NCBI RefSeq assembly: GCF_000018105.1
Contig: NC_009925.1
Location: 4,140,001 to 4,172,000, forward strand
DNA from: Acaryochloris marina MBIC11017
GTDB taxonomy: Bacteria; Cyanobacteriota; Cyanobacteriia; Thermosynechococcales; Thermosynechococcaceae
DNA: 32,000 nt
Reading direction: 5' to 3'
The notes under the pieces are model-generated. The model had not been told where the DNA came from, did no database searches, and was given only the letters and a program-made list of their open reading frames with translations. A program made the translations under genes and the position numbers. Positions 8,176-16,937 of the stretch are shown piece after piece; within the stretch, counting starts at the first letter, position 1; each line of letters opens with the position of its first letter.

Positions 8176-8553
8176 ATGCAACTGAAACTAACACTTTATG
8201 GTGCTGTGGCCTATGCCGTTTTCAGTACATCACCTTGCTATGCCCAGATAGTGCATGTGATGACGTTTCAGAACTCGTCGGGTGGACGCCATATTAGAGA
8301 AATTACTGGCCAACAAACCCAGGATGATCAGTCCATTGGTGTTTCTCTCAATACGTCTGATGAGCGTACAACAACCCGTTCTTCGTCCACAGTGAATGGT
8401 GTAACCCAAGAGCAAACCTATACCTATATCAACTCAGCTAAGAGTCAGGCAGTAGAAACGGGGCATCGCAGAAGAATTGAACATACTCGGCTTTTTGAAG
8501 CGTATGACTATTCGGACTACGCTGTTGACCACACTGTCGATTTTAGTTTTTAA
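8176..8553 (+). CDS. Small secreted protein C1 (125 aa, C-terminal ...VDHTVDFSF), distant paralogue of A
   Basis: SD aggagg at 8161-8166. Signal peptide MQLKLTLYGAVAYAVFSTSPCYA|QI. It shares collinear motifs with A (IREI/IRDI, IGVS..TTT, E.Y.[YF]...HTV..FSF). Copy at 11753-12130. Confidence 0.8.
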   Translation: MQLKLTLYGAVAYAVFSTSPCYAQIVHVMTFQNSSGGRHIREITGQQTQDDQSIGVSLNTSDERTTTRSSSTVNGVTQEQTYTYINSAKSQAVETGHRRRIEHTRLFEAYDYSDYAVDHTVDFSF

Positions 8554-8707
8554 GTGCTAGTTGACTGCCTGGATACCCAATAGTCTCTACATCTATGGCG
8601 ATTCAGTGTGCTGACCTCAGCGAGCTGCTAGGGAAGATCACTCTTCTAACCCTTCAGTGTTTTCTGAAAACCCTACTCCAGGACAGTTGTTGCTAGGAGA
8701 TTTAACG

Positions 8708-8998
8708 ATGAAATCTACGATATTTTTAACGACAGTTATCACAGGGTTGAGTATTCTACCTGCCCAGGCTCAGACTCAGTCTTTCTTTGGGGTGCCCATT
8801 GGTCAAGATGTGCCAGTGATCGTCTTTTCCCCGGTGACTCAGTACTATCCGAACTATTATCCGGGACCTGGTTTTTACCAATATAGTCACTATTTTCGAA
8901 GCACAGAACACCATTTAGACTTTGATAAATATGACTACCTGCTCAGTGACGACTTGGTATACAACTTTCCCGTAGTCGGCAATTTTAATTACAAGTAA
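8708..8998 (+). CDS. Small secreted Tyr/Pro/Phe-rich protein D1 (96 aa); unknown family
   Basis: SD aggag at 8693-8697. Signal peptide MKSTIFLTTVITGLSILPAQA|QT. Aromatic low-complexity stretch YYPNYYPGPGFYQYSHYF. Copy at 12313-12603. Confidence 0.75.
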   Translation: MKSTIFLTTVITGLSILPAQAQTQSFFGVPIGQDVPVIVFSPVTQYYPNYYPGPGFYQYSHYFRSTEHHLDFDKYDYLLSDDLVYNFPVVGNFNYK

Positions 8999-9154
8999 TT
9001 CTGAAACGGCTGTAGATTTATGGTATCCGCCAATCCCTTGTATTCAGCGATTGCAGGTAGTGAGGGTTGGATGGCCTCAGTCTTCTTATAAATAGATGCT
9101 TTAAGAAAGTGGGCGGCAGCCTAAAAGTTTTCAGTTATTCTAAGCATTATGACT

Positions 9155-9185
9155 AGCGCTCGTTATTGCGAGCGCTTTTTGCTTT
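9155..9185 (+). terminator. Rho-independent terminator closing cassette 1
   Basis: agcgctcg-ttattg-cgagcgct is a perfect 8-bp GC-rich stem followed by tttttgcttt, about 155 bp after the D1 stop. Confidence 0.75.
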
Positions 9186-9789
9186 CAATTTTTTAAGAAA
9201 ACCATTTGACTTGCAGAATCATAAGGAACGATAGCCTCAATAGTTGCTGTATCTCAACAGTGCAAGATATTTCTGGTGACGTAACGATCGCGCTTATTTC
9301 TCGATCACGATCAGTAATTGATATGGAGCTACTGCGCTTTCTGCCCATAATAGTGTTAGATAGGTTGGTCACCCTGTAGATCAAGCACTTTACGATGCCT
9401 CAGTAGGTGCAGATCATGGGCGACGTTGTGTGTGGTTCAATTTTTATGGCTCGGCCTAATTTTCACTTTTCAAGTTTATGCAGCTAGATGTGATTGTTAT
9501 TGAAGAAGGTTCATTGACGCTTCACTAGAATGAACTTTTTAGATAGCTTGAACGACTAGAAAGGTATCAAGTGATGATCAATAATTTTTAGAGGCTAAAA
9601 TAAAATTATCTCGTCAGATTGTGTCAGTTATAGTGGGTCTCTAGGTCTTTTTGTGCTCTCTATTTTAATTTTCTTCATGCAATCTTTTCGTCAACAATCA
9701 ATGCCTTCTCTTTGTGTTGTAGGTATTTCAGGAGTTGTGAGCCTGAGATAACTCATGTATTTTATTGATTGAAAGTCATATTTTGTGGG

Positions 9790-9819
9790 TTGCATTACAT
9801 GGTAATTGATGGTTATAAT
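9790..9819 (+). promoter_or_regulatory. Sigma70-type promoter candidate for cassette 2 (identical to 6254-6283)
   Basis: TTGCAT at 9790-9795, 18-bp spacer, TATAAT at 9814-9819. Confidence 0.45.
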
Positions 9820-10213
9820 TAGGTCATTAAAAGTATTTTTACTCTAATAAATTTTAAGATAAAACTTGTTATCATATCATTATTATCTCTGAAAACAATA
9901 AAATATAAGCATCTTTTTTATTTACTTAAGGAATACTTAGAGAATCCTGAGAATCTTCTCAGAGTGGTTATTGTAATTACAGTGTTTAGTAGCTGTAGGC
10001 CCAATCATTCCTGACTAAACAATCTAGAAAGAAATAAAGGAGTCATGAGTTTTCTTTGTTTCTTTTGCTTGTTTATCCAATATTTGAAGCGTTGTGATGA
10101 ACTGCTTCTCAAATATTTGAATGAAACTAAGCAGGAATGATTGCCTATTTTGTCGGTGTGCAGCCCCGATTGCTTTGATCTCTAAAAATTTATTCACTTT
10201 AGTGAGGTTTAAT

Positions 10214-10663
10214 ATGAAAGCTCAACGCCTTCTACCCCTTTGCTCTGCACTTTTCTTAGGTTTAGCTGCTGCTCCTGCCTTTGCAGGATCTGCTAGTGTT
10301 TCCAACAGCTTCTCCATTCGTGATATCAAGAATGGTTATTCTCACACCAGTATTAATGTTAATGAGTGGTACGGCGGTTATCGTTCTGCTGGAGCTGATG
10401 CCAGCAAGGTATCTGTTGGCGTTACCACTACTAAAGACGGTAGTGCTACGACTCAAACTAAGTACTGTGGACGCAATTGCCGTAAGTCCACAACAACTTA
10501 CAACGGCCTGTTTTCTGAAACAGATTACTCTGTTGCCAAGTCTTCTAGCTGGTCAAGAGAATCCGGTTTATTTACAAAAGACACCAACGTTCATGTCTAT
10601 GAGAGCTATGACTTTGATGGCATCGACAAGACTCACACCGTTGGCTCTAGCTTCAGCTTCTAA
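10214..10663 (+). CDS. Small secreted protein A2 (149 aa), divergent allele-like paralogue of A1
   Basis: Same RBS, signal peptide and C-terminus as A1. There are 18 amino-acid replacements, all between residues 46 and 133. Confidence 0.8.
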   Translation: MKAQRLLPLCSALFLGLAAAPAFAGSASVSNSFSIRDIKNGYSHTSINVNEWYGGYRSAGADASKVSVGVTTTKDGSATTQTKYCGRNCRKSTTTYNGLFSETDYSVAKSSSWSRESGLFTKDTNVHVYESYDFDGIDKTHTVGSSFSF

Positions 10664-10701
10664 ATCAAGCTAGCTGCTTCATATCTAAGCCAAACAAACA
10701 A

Positions 10702-10726
10702 GGGGCAGCAGCTAAGCTGTTGCCCC
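10702..10726 (+). terminator. Intercistronic hairpin after gene A2
   Basis: Identical to 7166-7190. Confidence 0.55.
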
Positions 10727-10751
10727 TTTGCTCAGCTCAGGAGAATCAATC

Positions 10752-11492
10752 ATGCGTTATCGTCTTGGGCTGTTGAGTACATCGGTTGTGGGAATGTTGA
10801 CATTGTCATCAGGCTCAGTTTTAGCCCAAACGACAAATAGCATCACAGTACCTAACAACTCCCAATCAACAGCTAACCCTGAAGTCAATCTTGATCAGCA
10901 GGGCTCATTAGTAAATACTCAGGTCAACAGTACAACCTTAGGCCGCAGTGTTGTTGGCAACGGCATAGCAGACTGTACCAGTAATGGTTTAAGCGTGTCA
11001 GCCTATGGTAGTGGTGTCGGTCCCTTTGATACCGGTACGGTTGGAGGTGCGATTACCTATACCCATTCTTTTGGGATGGATACCTGTAAGCAGTACGCCA
11101 AGAATCAATTAGGGAAAGCGAAGCTTGAAACCTGTTTTCTGTTAATCAGTAACTATTCCAAAATGGTTAAAGCAGGTATTGATGTCAGCTATACAGCACT
11201 GATGGAAGTGGCTAATGTTGACTGTCCGCCTGTAACGGTTCGTCAAGCTGCGATTCCTCAGCCCTCTCCTTCTGCCTCGAATCGTCCGGTATCGCCTCCG
11301 GTTTCATTACAGGGGCAGCAACCTGCTCCAACGCCTACGGTGCGAGAGTATGGCAATAGTCCACAGAATCCACCTCAAGCGCAGACCCCATCTCCAGTAG
11401 AACCGCAACTCAAGACAGCATTACCTAACTCAACTTCGGAGTTGCCTGCTGTTCAAGGGCCTCAACGGTTGACGGCTAAAGAGTTGCTTTGA
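10752..11492 (+). CDS. Secreted protein B2 (246 aa)
   Basis: About 96.5% nt identity to B1 by manual alignment, with 5 aa replacements. Same RBS and signal peptide. Confidence 0.8.
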   Translation: MRYRLGLLSTSVVGMLTLSSGSVLAQTTNSITVPNNSQSTANPEVNLDQQGSLVNTQVNSTTLGRSVVGNGIADCTSNGLSVSAYGSGVGPFDTGTVGGAITYTHSFGMDTCKQYAKNQLGKAKLETCFLLISNYSKMVKAGIDVSYTALMEVANVDCPPVTVRQAAIPQPSPSASNRPVSPPVSLQGQQPAPTPTVREYGNSPQNPPQAQTPSPVEPQLKTALPNSTSELPAVQGPQRLTAKELL

Positions 11493-11752
11493 TGTCGATT
11501 CAGGGGATAACACTGTGTGTTGCCTACTTATTCTCGGAGGATGTCGCTCAGTAATCTTGCACTTGTATAGATCAGGCGAAAGTGATTTCGACCTAGATGC
11601 ATTCCTGTTGATGCTTGAATTATGTCCATAACTCCAACGTGATCTCTAGTTTGGGGTAAAGAGCTGCAAGCAGGATTGACTTCAGCTTAGTTGCAGTGCC
11701 AGGACTATTACGACGCTATGTGAGTTTATTAGGATTTTGGAGGGCACAAGTA

Positions 11753-12130
11753 ATGCAGATGAAGCCAATACTTTATGGTGCTGTGGCCTATGCCGTTTTC
11801 AGTACATCACCCTGCTATGCCCAGATAGTGCACGTGATGACGTTTCAGAACTCATCGGGTGGACGCCATATTAGAGAAATTACAGGTCAACAAACCCAGG
11901 ATGATCAGTCCATTGGTGTTTCTCTCAATACGTCGGATGAGCGTACAACAACCCGCTCTTCGTCCACAGTGAATGGTGTGACCCAAGAGCAAACCTATAC
12001 ATACATTAACTCAGCTAAGAGTCAGGCAGTTGAAACGGGGCATCGCAGAAGAATTGAACGTACTCGGCTTTTTGAAGCGTATGACTATTCGGACTACGCT
12101 GTTGACCACACTGTCGATTTTAGTTTTTAA
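11753..12130 (+). CDS. Small secreted protein C2 (125 aa)
   Basis: SD ggaggg sits 8 nt upstream of ATG 11753. After the first 6 codons there are 13 nt differences from C1, 12 of them synonymous. Confidence 0.8.
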   Translation: MQMKPILYGAVAYAVFSTSPCYAQIVHVMTFQNSSGGRHIREITGQQTQDDQSIGVSLNTSDERTTTRSSSTVNGVTQEQTYTYINSAKSQAVETGHRRRIERTRLFEAYDYSDYAVDHTVDFSF

Positions 12131-12312
12131 GTTTGCATAGTGTATGCCCCAACAAGGATTGAGCAGATTGTCTATACACCAACAGGTGGTTGATCTTGCA
12201 GCCACTTGTGAGAGTGCTCACTGTGTTGAGCAGTTATGGGAAATCACTGTTCTGACCTATCGATCTTGTCTTGAAAAGTACTCCAAGGCAGTTGTTGCTA
12301 GGAGATTTAACG

Positions 12313-12603
12313 ATGAAATCTACGATATTTTTAACGACAGTTATCACAGGGTTGAGTATTCTACCTGCCCAGGCTCAGACTCAGTCTTTCTTTGGGGTGC
12401 CCATTGGTCAAGATGTGCCAGTGATCGTCTTTTCCCCTGTAACTCAGTACTATCCGAACTATTATCCGGGACCTGGTTTTTACCAATATAGTCACTATTT
12501 TCGAAGCACAGAACACCATTTAGATTTTGATAGATATGACTACCTGCTTAGCGACGACTTGGTATACAACTTTCCGGTAGTCGGCAATTTTAATTACAAG
12601 TAA
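12313..12603 (+). CDS. Small secreted Tyr/Pro/Phe-rich protein D2 (96 aa)
   Basis: 7 nt differences from D1 and one replacement (K to R). Same RBS. Confidence 0.75.
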   Translation: MKSTIFLTTVITGLSILPAQAQTQSFFGVPIGQDVPVIVFSPVTQYYPNYYPGPGFYQYSHYFRSTEHHLDFDRYDYLLSDDLVYNFPVVGNFNYK

Positions 12604-12840
12604 TTCTGAAACGGTCATCAATGCATTCTGCTCATCAACAATTGGGCAATAGTGTATGTAGTGATTGAAGACGATGGAGTTAGCCTTTTTCAGCTTGATC
12701 CATTCAAGGGAAGTAGTATTGAGTGCTGCTCCTCGGCAGAGCAATGCAGTCAAGCAATCGTTAAACTGAAGAGATGAATGTCATCTTGTTTAAGGTGATT
12801 TCATTGTTTTTGATTGTGACGACGCAAGGATCATACGCAT

Positions 12841-13497
12841 ATGAAAGCATTTGTGGCTGGAGCAACGGGTCAAACGGGTCGCCGCATTGTGTCTCAATTA
12901 GTTGAGCGGGGTATTCCCGTGCGAGCTTTGGTTCGAGATATGGATAGAGCAAAAGCACTCTTACCGGAAGCTGCTGAGTTAGTGGTGGGCGATGTATTGG
13001 ATGCGAGTTCGTTGGAGGATGCGATCGCAGATTGTAACGTCCTCCTTTGCGCCACCGGAGCGGCTCCTGGCTTTAATCCGTTTGCACCCCTACAAATTGA
13101 TTATCTGGGGACCAAAAACTTAGTAGATGTGGCCAAAGCTAAAAACATTGAGCATTTTGTTTTGGTGTCTTCCCTGTGTACATCGAAGCTGCTGCATCCC
13201 CTGAATCTGTTCTTCTTGGTATTGGTTTGGAAGAAGCAGGCCGAACAATATATTCAAAATAGCGGGCTCACCTATACCATCGTCCGTCCCGGCGGCCTGA
13301 AGAACGAGGATAATGATAATTCCGTCGTCATGTCTGCCCCCGATACTTTATTTGAAGGCAGCATTCCCCGGACCAAAGTGGCTGAAGTTTGTATTGAAGC
13401 CCTGACGGCTGCATCCTCTCACAATAAGATTGTTGAAATCGTTGCCCCGTCTGAAGCGTTAGACCGACCAATCCCTGACTTATTTGCTAGTGTTTAA
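12841..13497 (+). CDS. NAD(P)H-binding atypical SDR / NmrA-like protein
   Basis: N-terminal Rossmann motif MKAFVAGATGQTGRRIV. VSSL and RPGGL segments are typical of NAD(P)-binding (NAD_binding_10-type) proteins. Confidence 0.8.
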   Translation: MKAFVAGATGQTGRRIVSQLVERGIPVRALVRDMDRAKALLPEAAELVVGDVLDASSLEDAIADCNVLLCATGAAPGFNPFAPLQIDYLGTKNLVDVAKAKNIEHFVLVSSLCTSKLLHPLNLFFLVLVWKKQAEQYIQNSGLTYTIVRPGGLKNEDNDNSVVMSAPDTLFEGSIPRTKVAEVCIEALTAASSHNKIVEIVAPSEALDRPIPDLFASV

Positions 13498-13606
13498 GTG
13501 AGTATATGAACTTAGTCGAGTTTCCAGCTGGGACTGACATAAGATCTCATTCATACTGGTTTAATCCTTTCAATCTAAGCCGTTTTATTGCTTAGGGAGT
13601 TAACCT

Positions 13607-14344
13607 TTGGCGTCTAGTTCATCCTCCAAACAGGCTAAACCGATCCATCGTATGGCTTGGCGTTTGGGTGTGTCGTTGACCTTGCTTCTAGGCTTGGGAG
13701 CGTTGTTTGTGCTGCCCAAGTTTGACCCCAAGAGTTTAACTTGGCCCACCACAGAGCCGGGTAGAATTGCCCCACTAGCCATGTCTGGGGGCAATCCCTA
13801 TCTTCGAGCTTTAATGCGGACGATTTCGGCCAGTGAATCGAATGATGCTAGCCCCTACACCGTGCTTTATGGCGGTAGCCATATCGAAAATTTGCAGGAG
13901 CACCCCGATCGCTGTATTCCCATTCGATGGGGACCCAATCAAGGGCTATGCACGACGGCGGCTGGGCGTTATCAGTTTATTACGACTACCTGGTTAGAAA
14001 CTGCAGAGAAGTATCATCCTGCTCCGACGGGAGAATGGATGTGGCGACGCTATAGTTTTGCCCCAGAATACCAGGATCGAGTGGTCTATGCTTGGTTAGA
14101 TGACGTCAATTATTGGGGAACAGATATTCCCCAACTCCTAGAAGATGGCCAGCTCCAAACGGTTCTTAAACGGCTTTCGGGAACGTGGACCAGTTTGGGC
14201 TATGGCATTGAGAGTAATAAGGTGACGCCCCACTTAATGCATATCTATGAACGCATGCTTGCGGAAGAAATTGCCTTAGCCAATGGGTTACCCACCAACT
14301 ATTTACCCACGGTGGCTAACCAATCCGTGGAAACGACGCGCTAG
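13607..14344 (+). CDS. GH104 (phage-lambda-lysozyme-like) lytic transglycosylase with N-terminal membrane anchor or signal
   Basis: SASESN (catalytic Glu region) and TTAAGRYQFITTTW resemble the lambda R AGRYQ signature. Hydrophobic WRLGVSLTLLLGLGALFVL near the N-terminus. TTG start at 13607, alternative ATG at 13652. Confidence 0.7.
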   Translation: MASSSSSKQAKPIHRMAWRLGVSLTLLLGLGALFVLPKFDPKSLTWPTTEPGRIAPLAMSGGNPYLRALMRTISASESNDASPYTVLYGGSHIENLQEHPDRCIPIRWGPNQGLCTTAAGRYQFITTTWLETAEKYHPAPTGEWMWRRYSFAPEYQDRVVYAWLDDVNYWGTDIPQLLEDGQLQTVLKRLSGTWTSLGYGIESNKVTPHLMHIYERMLAEEIALANGLPTNYLPTVANQSVETTR

Positions 14345-14346
14345 GA

Positions 14347-14595
14347 CTAAGCCTCTAACCGCTTCCATAAAGCCTGATAGAGACTATCGGGTACCTTGGC
14401 TCTGAGTACCTTCGCCAACCGATTTTTCTTCTGCGCTGCCTTGAGGCAATCGGCCTGGGGACAGAGATAGGCAGACCGTCCCATGCCTTGATCGAGCTGG
14501 ATTTGATGATCGGGATAGACCCGGACAATCCGCCAGAACTCAGATTTGGGGGCAACGTGGCGACAACTGATACATCGACGATGGTTGGGCTGCAT
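14347..14595 (-). CDS. ylxR: YlxR-family (DUF448) RNA-binding protein
   Basis: RRCISCRHVAPKSEFWRIV ... GRSAYLCP ... C..A.KKNRL is the typical YlxR Cys and basic pattern. 82 aa. Confidence 0.8.
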   Translation of the reverse strand: MQPNHRRCISCRHVAPKSEFWRIVRVYPDHQIQLDQGMGRSAYLCPQADCLKAAQKKNRLAKVLRAKVPDSLYQALWKRLEA

Positions 14596-14681
14596 GAACT
14601 AGAGAATCATCTTGAAAAGTAGCTATAGCTAGCTTACGCCTTAAACTATGGGGAGACCTAGGATCTGACATTGTTCTGCCC

Positions 14682-16844
14682 ATGTTGAATATTGTTCAAA
14701 TACTCTCTCAAGAGCTATCGATTTCCCCTCAGCGCCTGCAAAATGCCTTGGATTTGTTTGCAGAAGGGGCCACGATTCCCTTTGTGGCGCGGTATCGGAA
14801 AGAGCGAACCGGGCAAATGGATGAGACCCAGCTGCGGCAGCTCTCAGAACGGTTTACCTACCTGACGGAACTGGAAGAGCGCAAAAAGACGATCCTAGAA
14901 TCTATTGCTCAACAGAATAAGCTAACAGAGCTGCTCCAAGCCAAGATCGAAGCTTGTTTGCTGAAAACTGAACTCGAAGATCTTTACTTGCCCTATCGTC
15001 CTAAACGACGCACCCGAGCCACCATTGCCAAAGAAAAAGGATTAGAACCCTTGGCTCAATGGCTGCAAGCCCTCAATAAACCCACGGCAACCCTGAGCCA
15101 GGATCTGGCAACAGAAGCGGCTCGCTATATCAATAAAGATGTCGCCACTACCGAAGATGCATTGCAGGGGGCCTCGGATATTTTGGCGGAAGGAATTGCC
15201 GATCAGGCCGAGATTCGAACCCATCTCAAACATCGCTTCTTCCAAGTCGGCGAGTTTGTATCTCAGGTGAAATCTAAATATCCAGAAGGGAGCACCAAGT
15301 TTGAGATGTACCGAAGTTACCAAGCCCGAGCCAAGAATATTCTGGCCCATAATTTACTAGCCCTTTATCGAGGAGAGGCGGAAGGTATTCTCAAAGTCGA
15401 GTTGGCGATTGATGAAGAGCGAATCTTGGGAGATATCGAAGAGCGGGTGATTCGTTCCAAAATTCGAGCCGTGCGAGATTTTTTCCGAGGGGTGGTGAAG
15501 GATGCCTATACTCGCCTGATTAAACCATCTGTGGTCAAGGAGGTGCGGGCTGCCTGCAAAGCGGAGGCGGATAGCGAGTCGATCCAAACCTTTGCCACAA
15601 ATTTACGGGAACTGCTGCTCTCTAGTCCTGCGGGGATGAAGCCTACATTGGGGATTGATCCAGGGTTTCGTACGGGCTGCAAAGTGGTTGCCCTAGATCA
15701 TACGGGAAAGTTTTTGGAATACCAGGCGATTTTTCCCCACCAGGCAGTGGGACAGCGGGACCAAGCTGCCAAAACTGTTGCCCGACTTATTCAAACGTAT
15801 CAAATCGACCTGATTGCCATTGGCAATGGAACAGCGGGCCGGGAAACCGATGCCTTCGTAGCGGATGTCTTAAAAACCCTAGACCGTAAGCCCATCAAGG
15901 TGATGGTCAATGAATCCGGTGCCTCGATTTATTCGGCCAGTGAGATTGCCATTGCCGAGTTTCCTGATTTAGATATCACGGTGCGCGGGGCGATCAGTAT
16001 TGCCCGCCGCCTCCAAGATCCCCTGGCAGAACTCGTCAAACTCGATCCCAAGTCCATCGGCGTGGGCCAGTATCAGCATGATGTGGATCAAAAGCTGCTG
16101 AAGCAAAAGCTAGAAGAGACGGTGGAAAGCTGTGTGAACTATGTGGGGGTTGATTTGAATACGGCTTCCAAGGAACTACTGACTTTTGTGTCGGGGATTA
16201 CGGGGGCGATTGCCAACAATATCATTGCCTATCGCAACCAAAATGGGGCATTCAAAAACCGCAAGCAGCTTCTCAAAGTCGCCAAGCTCGGCCCCAAAGC
16301 CTTTGAGCAGGCCGCTGGCTTTTTGAGAATCCGGACGGGGGATAATCCCCTGGACAATACCGCTGTCCATCCCGAAAGTTATGGTGTGGTCAAGACCATT
16401 AGTGCCGATCTAGAACTTCCCCTTAGCCAGATCGCGAAGATTCCCGCGCATCTGAGACCGGGAGATCTAAAAACCTATGTGACTGAGACGATTGGTGAGC
16501 CTACTCTCAAAGACATCATGGCGGAGTTGGAAAAACCAGGCCGCGATCCTCGGGCTGAGTTCAAATACGCCACGTTTAAAGAAGGTATTACGGAGCTGAC
16601 GGATCTCAAGCCTGAAATGGAGTTGGAGGGGATTGTCACGAATGTCACCAATTTTGGGGCTTTTGTGGATGTTGGCGTCCATCAAGATGGTCTGGTTCAT
16701 ATTTCCCAAATGGCGGATCAATTTGTGAAAGATCCTAAGCAGATTGTGAAAGTGGGGCAAGTGGTCAAGGTGCGGGTACTAGAGGTGAACCAAAAACTCA
16801 AACGTATTGGTTTATCGATGCGTTCGACCTCTAGCACAAGATAG
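14682..16844 (+). CDS. tex: Tex-like RNA-binding transcriptional accessory protein (YqgF/HhH/S1 domains)
   Basis: N-terminal ATIPFVARYRKE. GIDPGFRTGCK is the YqgF-like motif. GNGTAGRE, the HhH region, and a C-terminal S1 domain GIVTNVTNFGAFVDVGVHQDGLVHISQ. Confidence 0.95.
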   Translation: MLNIVQILSQELSISPQRLQNALDLFAEGATIPFVARYRKERTGQMDETQLRQLSERFTYLTELEERKKTILESIAQQNKLTELLQAKIEACLLKTELEDLYLPYRPKRRTRATIAKEKGLEPLAQWLQALNKPTATLSQDLATEAARYINKDVATTEDALQGASDILAEGIADQAEIRTHLKHRFFQVGEFVSQVKSKYPEGSTKFEMYRSYQARAKNILAHNLLALYRGEAEGILKVELAIDEERILGDIEERVIRSKIRAVRDFFRGVVKDAYTRLIKPSVVKEVRAACKAEADSESIQTFATNLRELLLSSPAGMKPTLGIDPGFRTGCKVVALDHTGKFLEYQAIFPHQAVGQRDQAAKTVARLIQTYQIDLIAIGNGTAGRETDAFVADVLKTLDRKPIKVMVNESGASIYSASEIAIAEFPDLDITVRGAISIARRLQDPLAELVKLDPKSIGVGQYQHDVDQKLLKQKLEETVESCVNYVGVDLNTASKELLTFVSGITGAIANNIIAYRNQNGAFKNRKQLLKVAKLGPKAFEQAAGFLRIRTGDNPLDNTAVHPESYGVVKTISADLELPLSQIAKIPAHLRPGDLKTYVTETIGEPTLKDIMAELEKPGRDPRAEFKYATFKEGITELTDLKPEMELEGIVTNVTNFGAFVDVGVHQDGLVHISQMADQFVKDPKQIVKVGQVVKVRVLEVNQKLKRIGLSMRSTSSTR

Positions 16845-16937
16845 CGTTCGCTGCCTTTGTTGTTAGTCAGAGCCAATTGTTCAGGCTGGTCAAGATGTGT
16901 AAAAGGGAGGGGAGTCCAAGCATGGCTATCCTTGGAC

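Larger units (their letters stand above)
5995..9013 (+). repeat. Tandem duplication, unit 1 (leader plus genes A1-B1-C1-D1)
   Basis: Alignable to 9533-12618. Homology is about 75% over 5995-6236 and near-identical from 6236 (offset 3536). Three conserved blocks are separated by diverged spacers at 7993-8175 and 8557-8680. Confidence 0.95.
9533..12618 (+). repeat. Tandem duplication, unit 2 (leader plus genes A2-B2-C2-D2)
   Basis: Same gene order and block structure as 5995-9013. It is separated from unit 1 by a unique spacer of about 520 bp that holds the terminator. Confidence 0.95.

Noticed and set aside
9193-9384. A 63-aa minus-strand ORF in the unique spacer between the two cassette copies.
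   Set aside because: It has no RBS and no recognisable motif, and it lies just downstream of the cassette-1 terminator. I treat it as noncoding spacer, although a small antisense transcript cannot be excluded.
6678-12603. Whether the cassette proteins are PEP-CTERM substrates of the cyanoexosortase encoded at 28949.
   Set aside because: None ends with a PEP motif followed by a hydrophobic helix and a basic cluster. They end in FSF, KELL or NFNYK with no C-terminal TM segment.
5995-12618. Whether the large repeat could be a CRISPR array, an insertion sequence or a composite transposon.
   Set aside because: The repeat unit is about 3 kb with only two copies. There are no short direct-repeat/spacer periodicity, no terminal inverted repeats and no transposase or integrase ORF. 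It is a segmental tandem duplication.
15205-15222. A tRNA T-arm-like string (gagattcgaacccatctc).
   Set aside because: It lies inside the well-supported tex reading frame, and no acceptor, D or anticodon arms can be built around it. I found no tRNA gene in the window.
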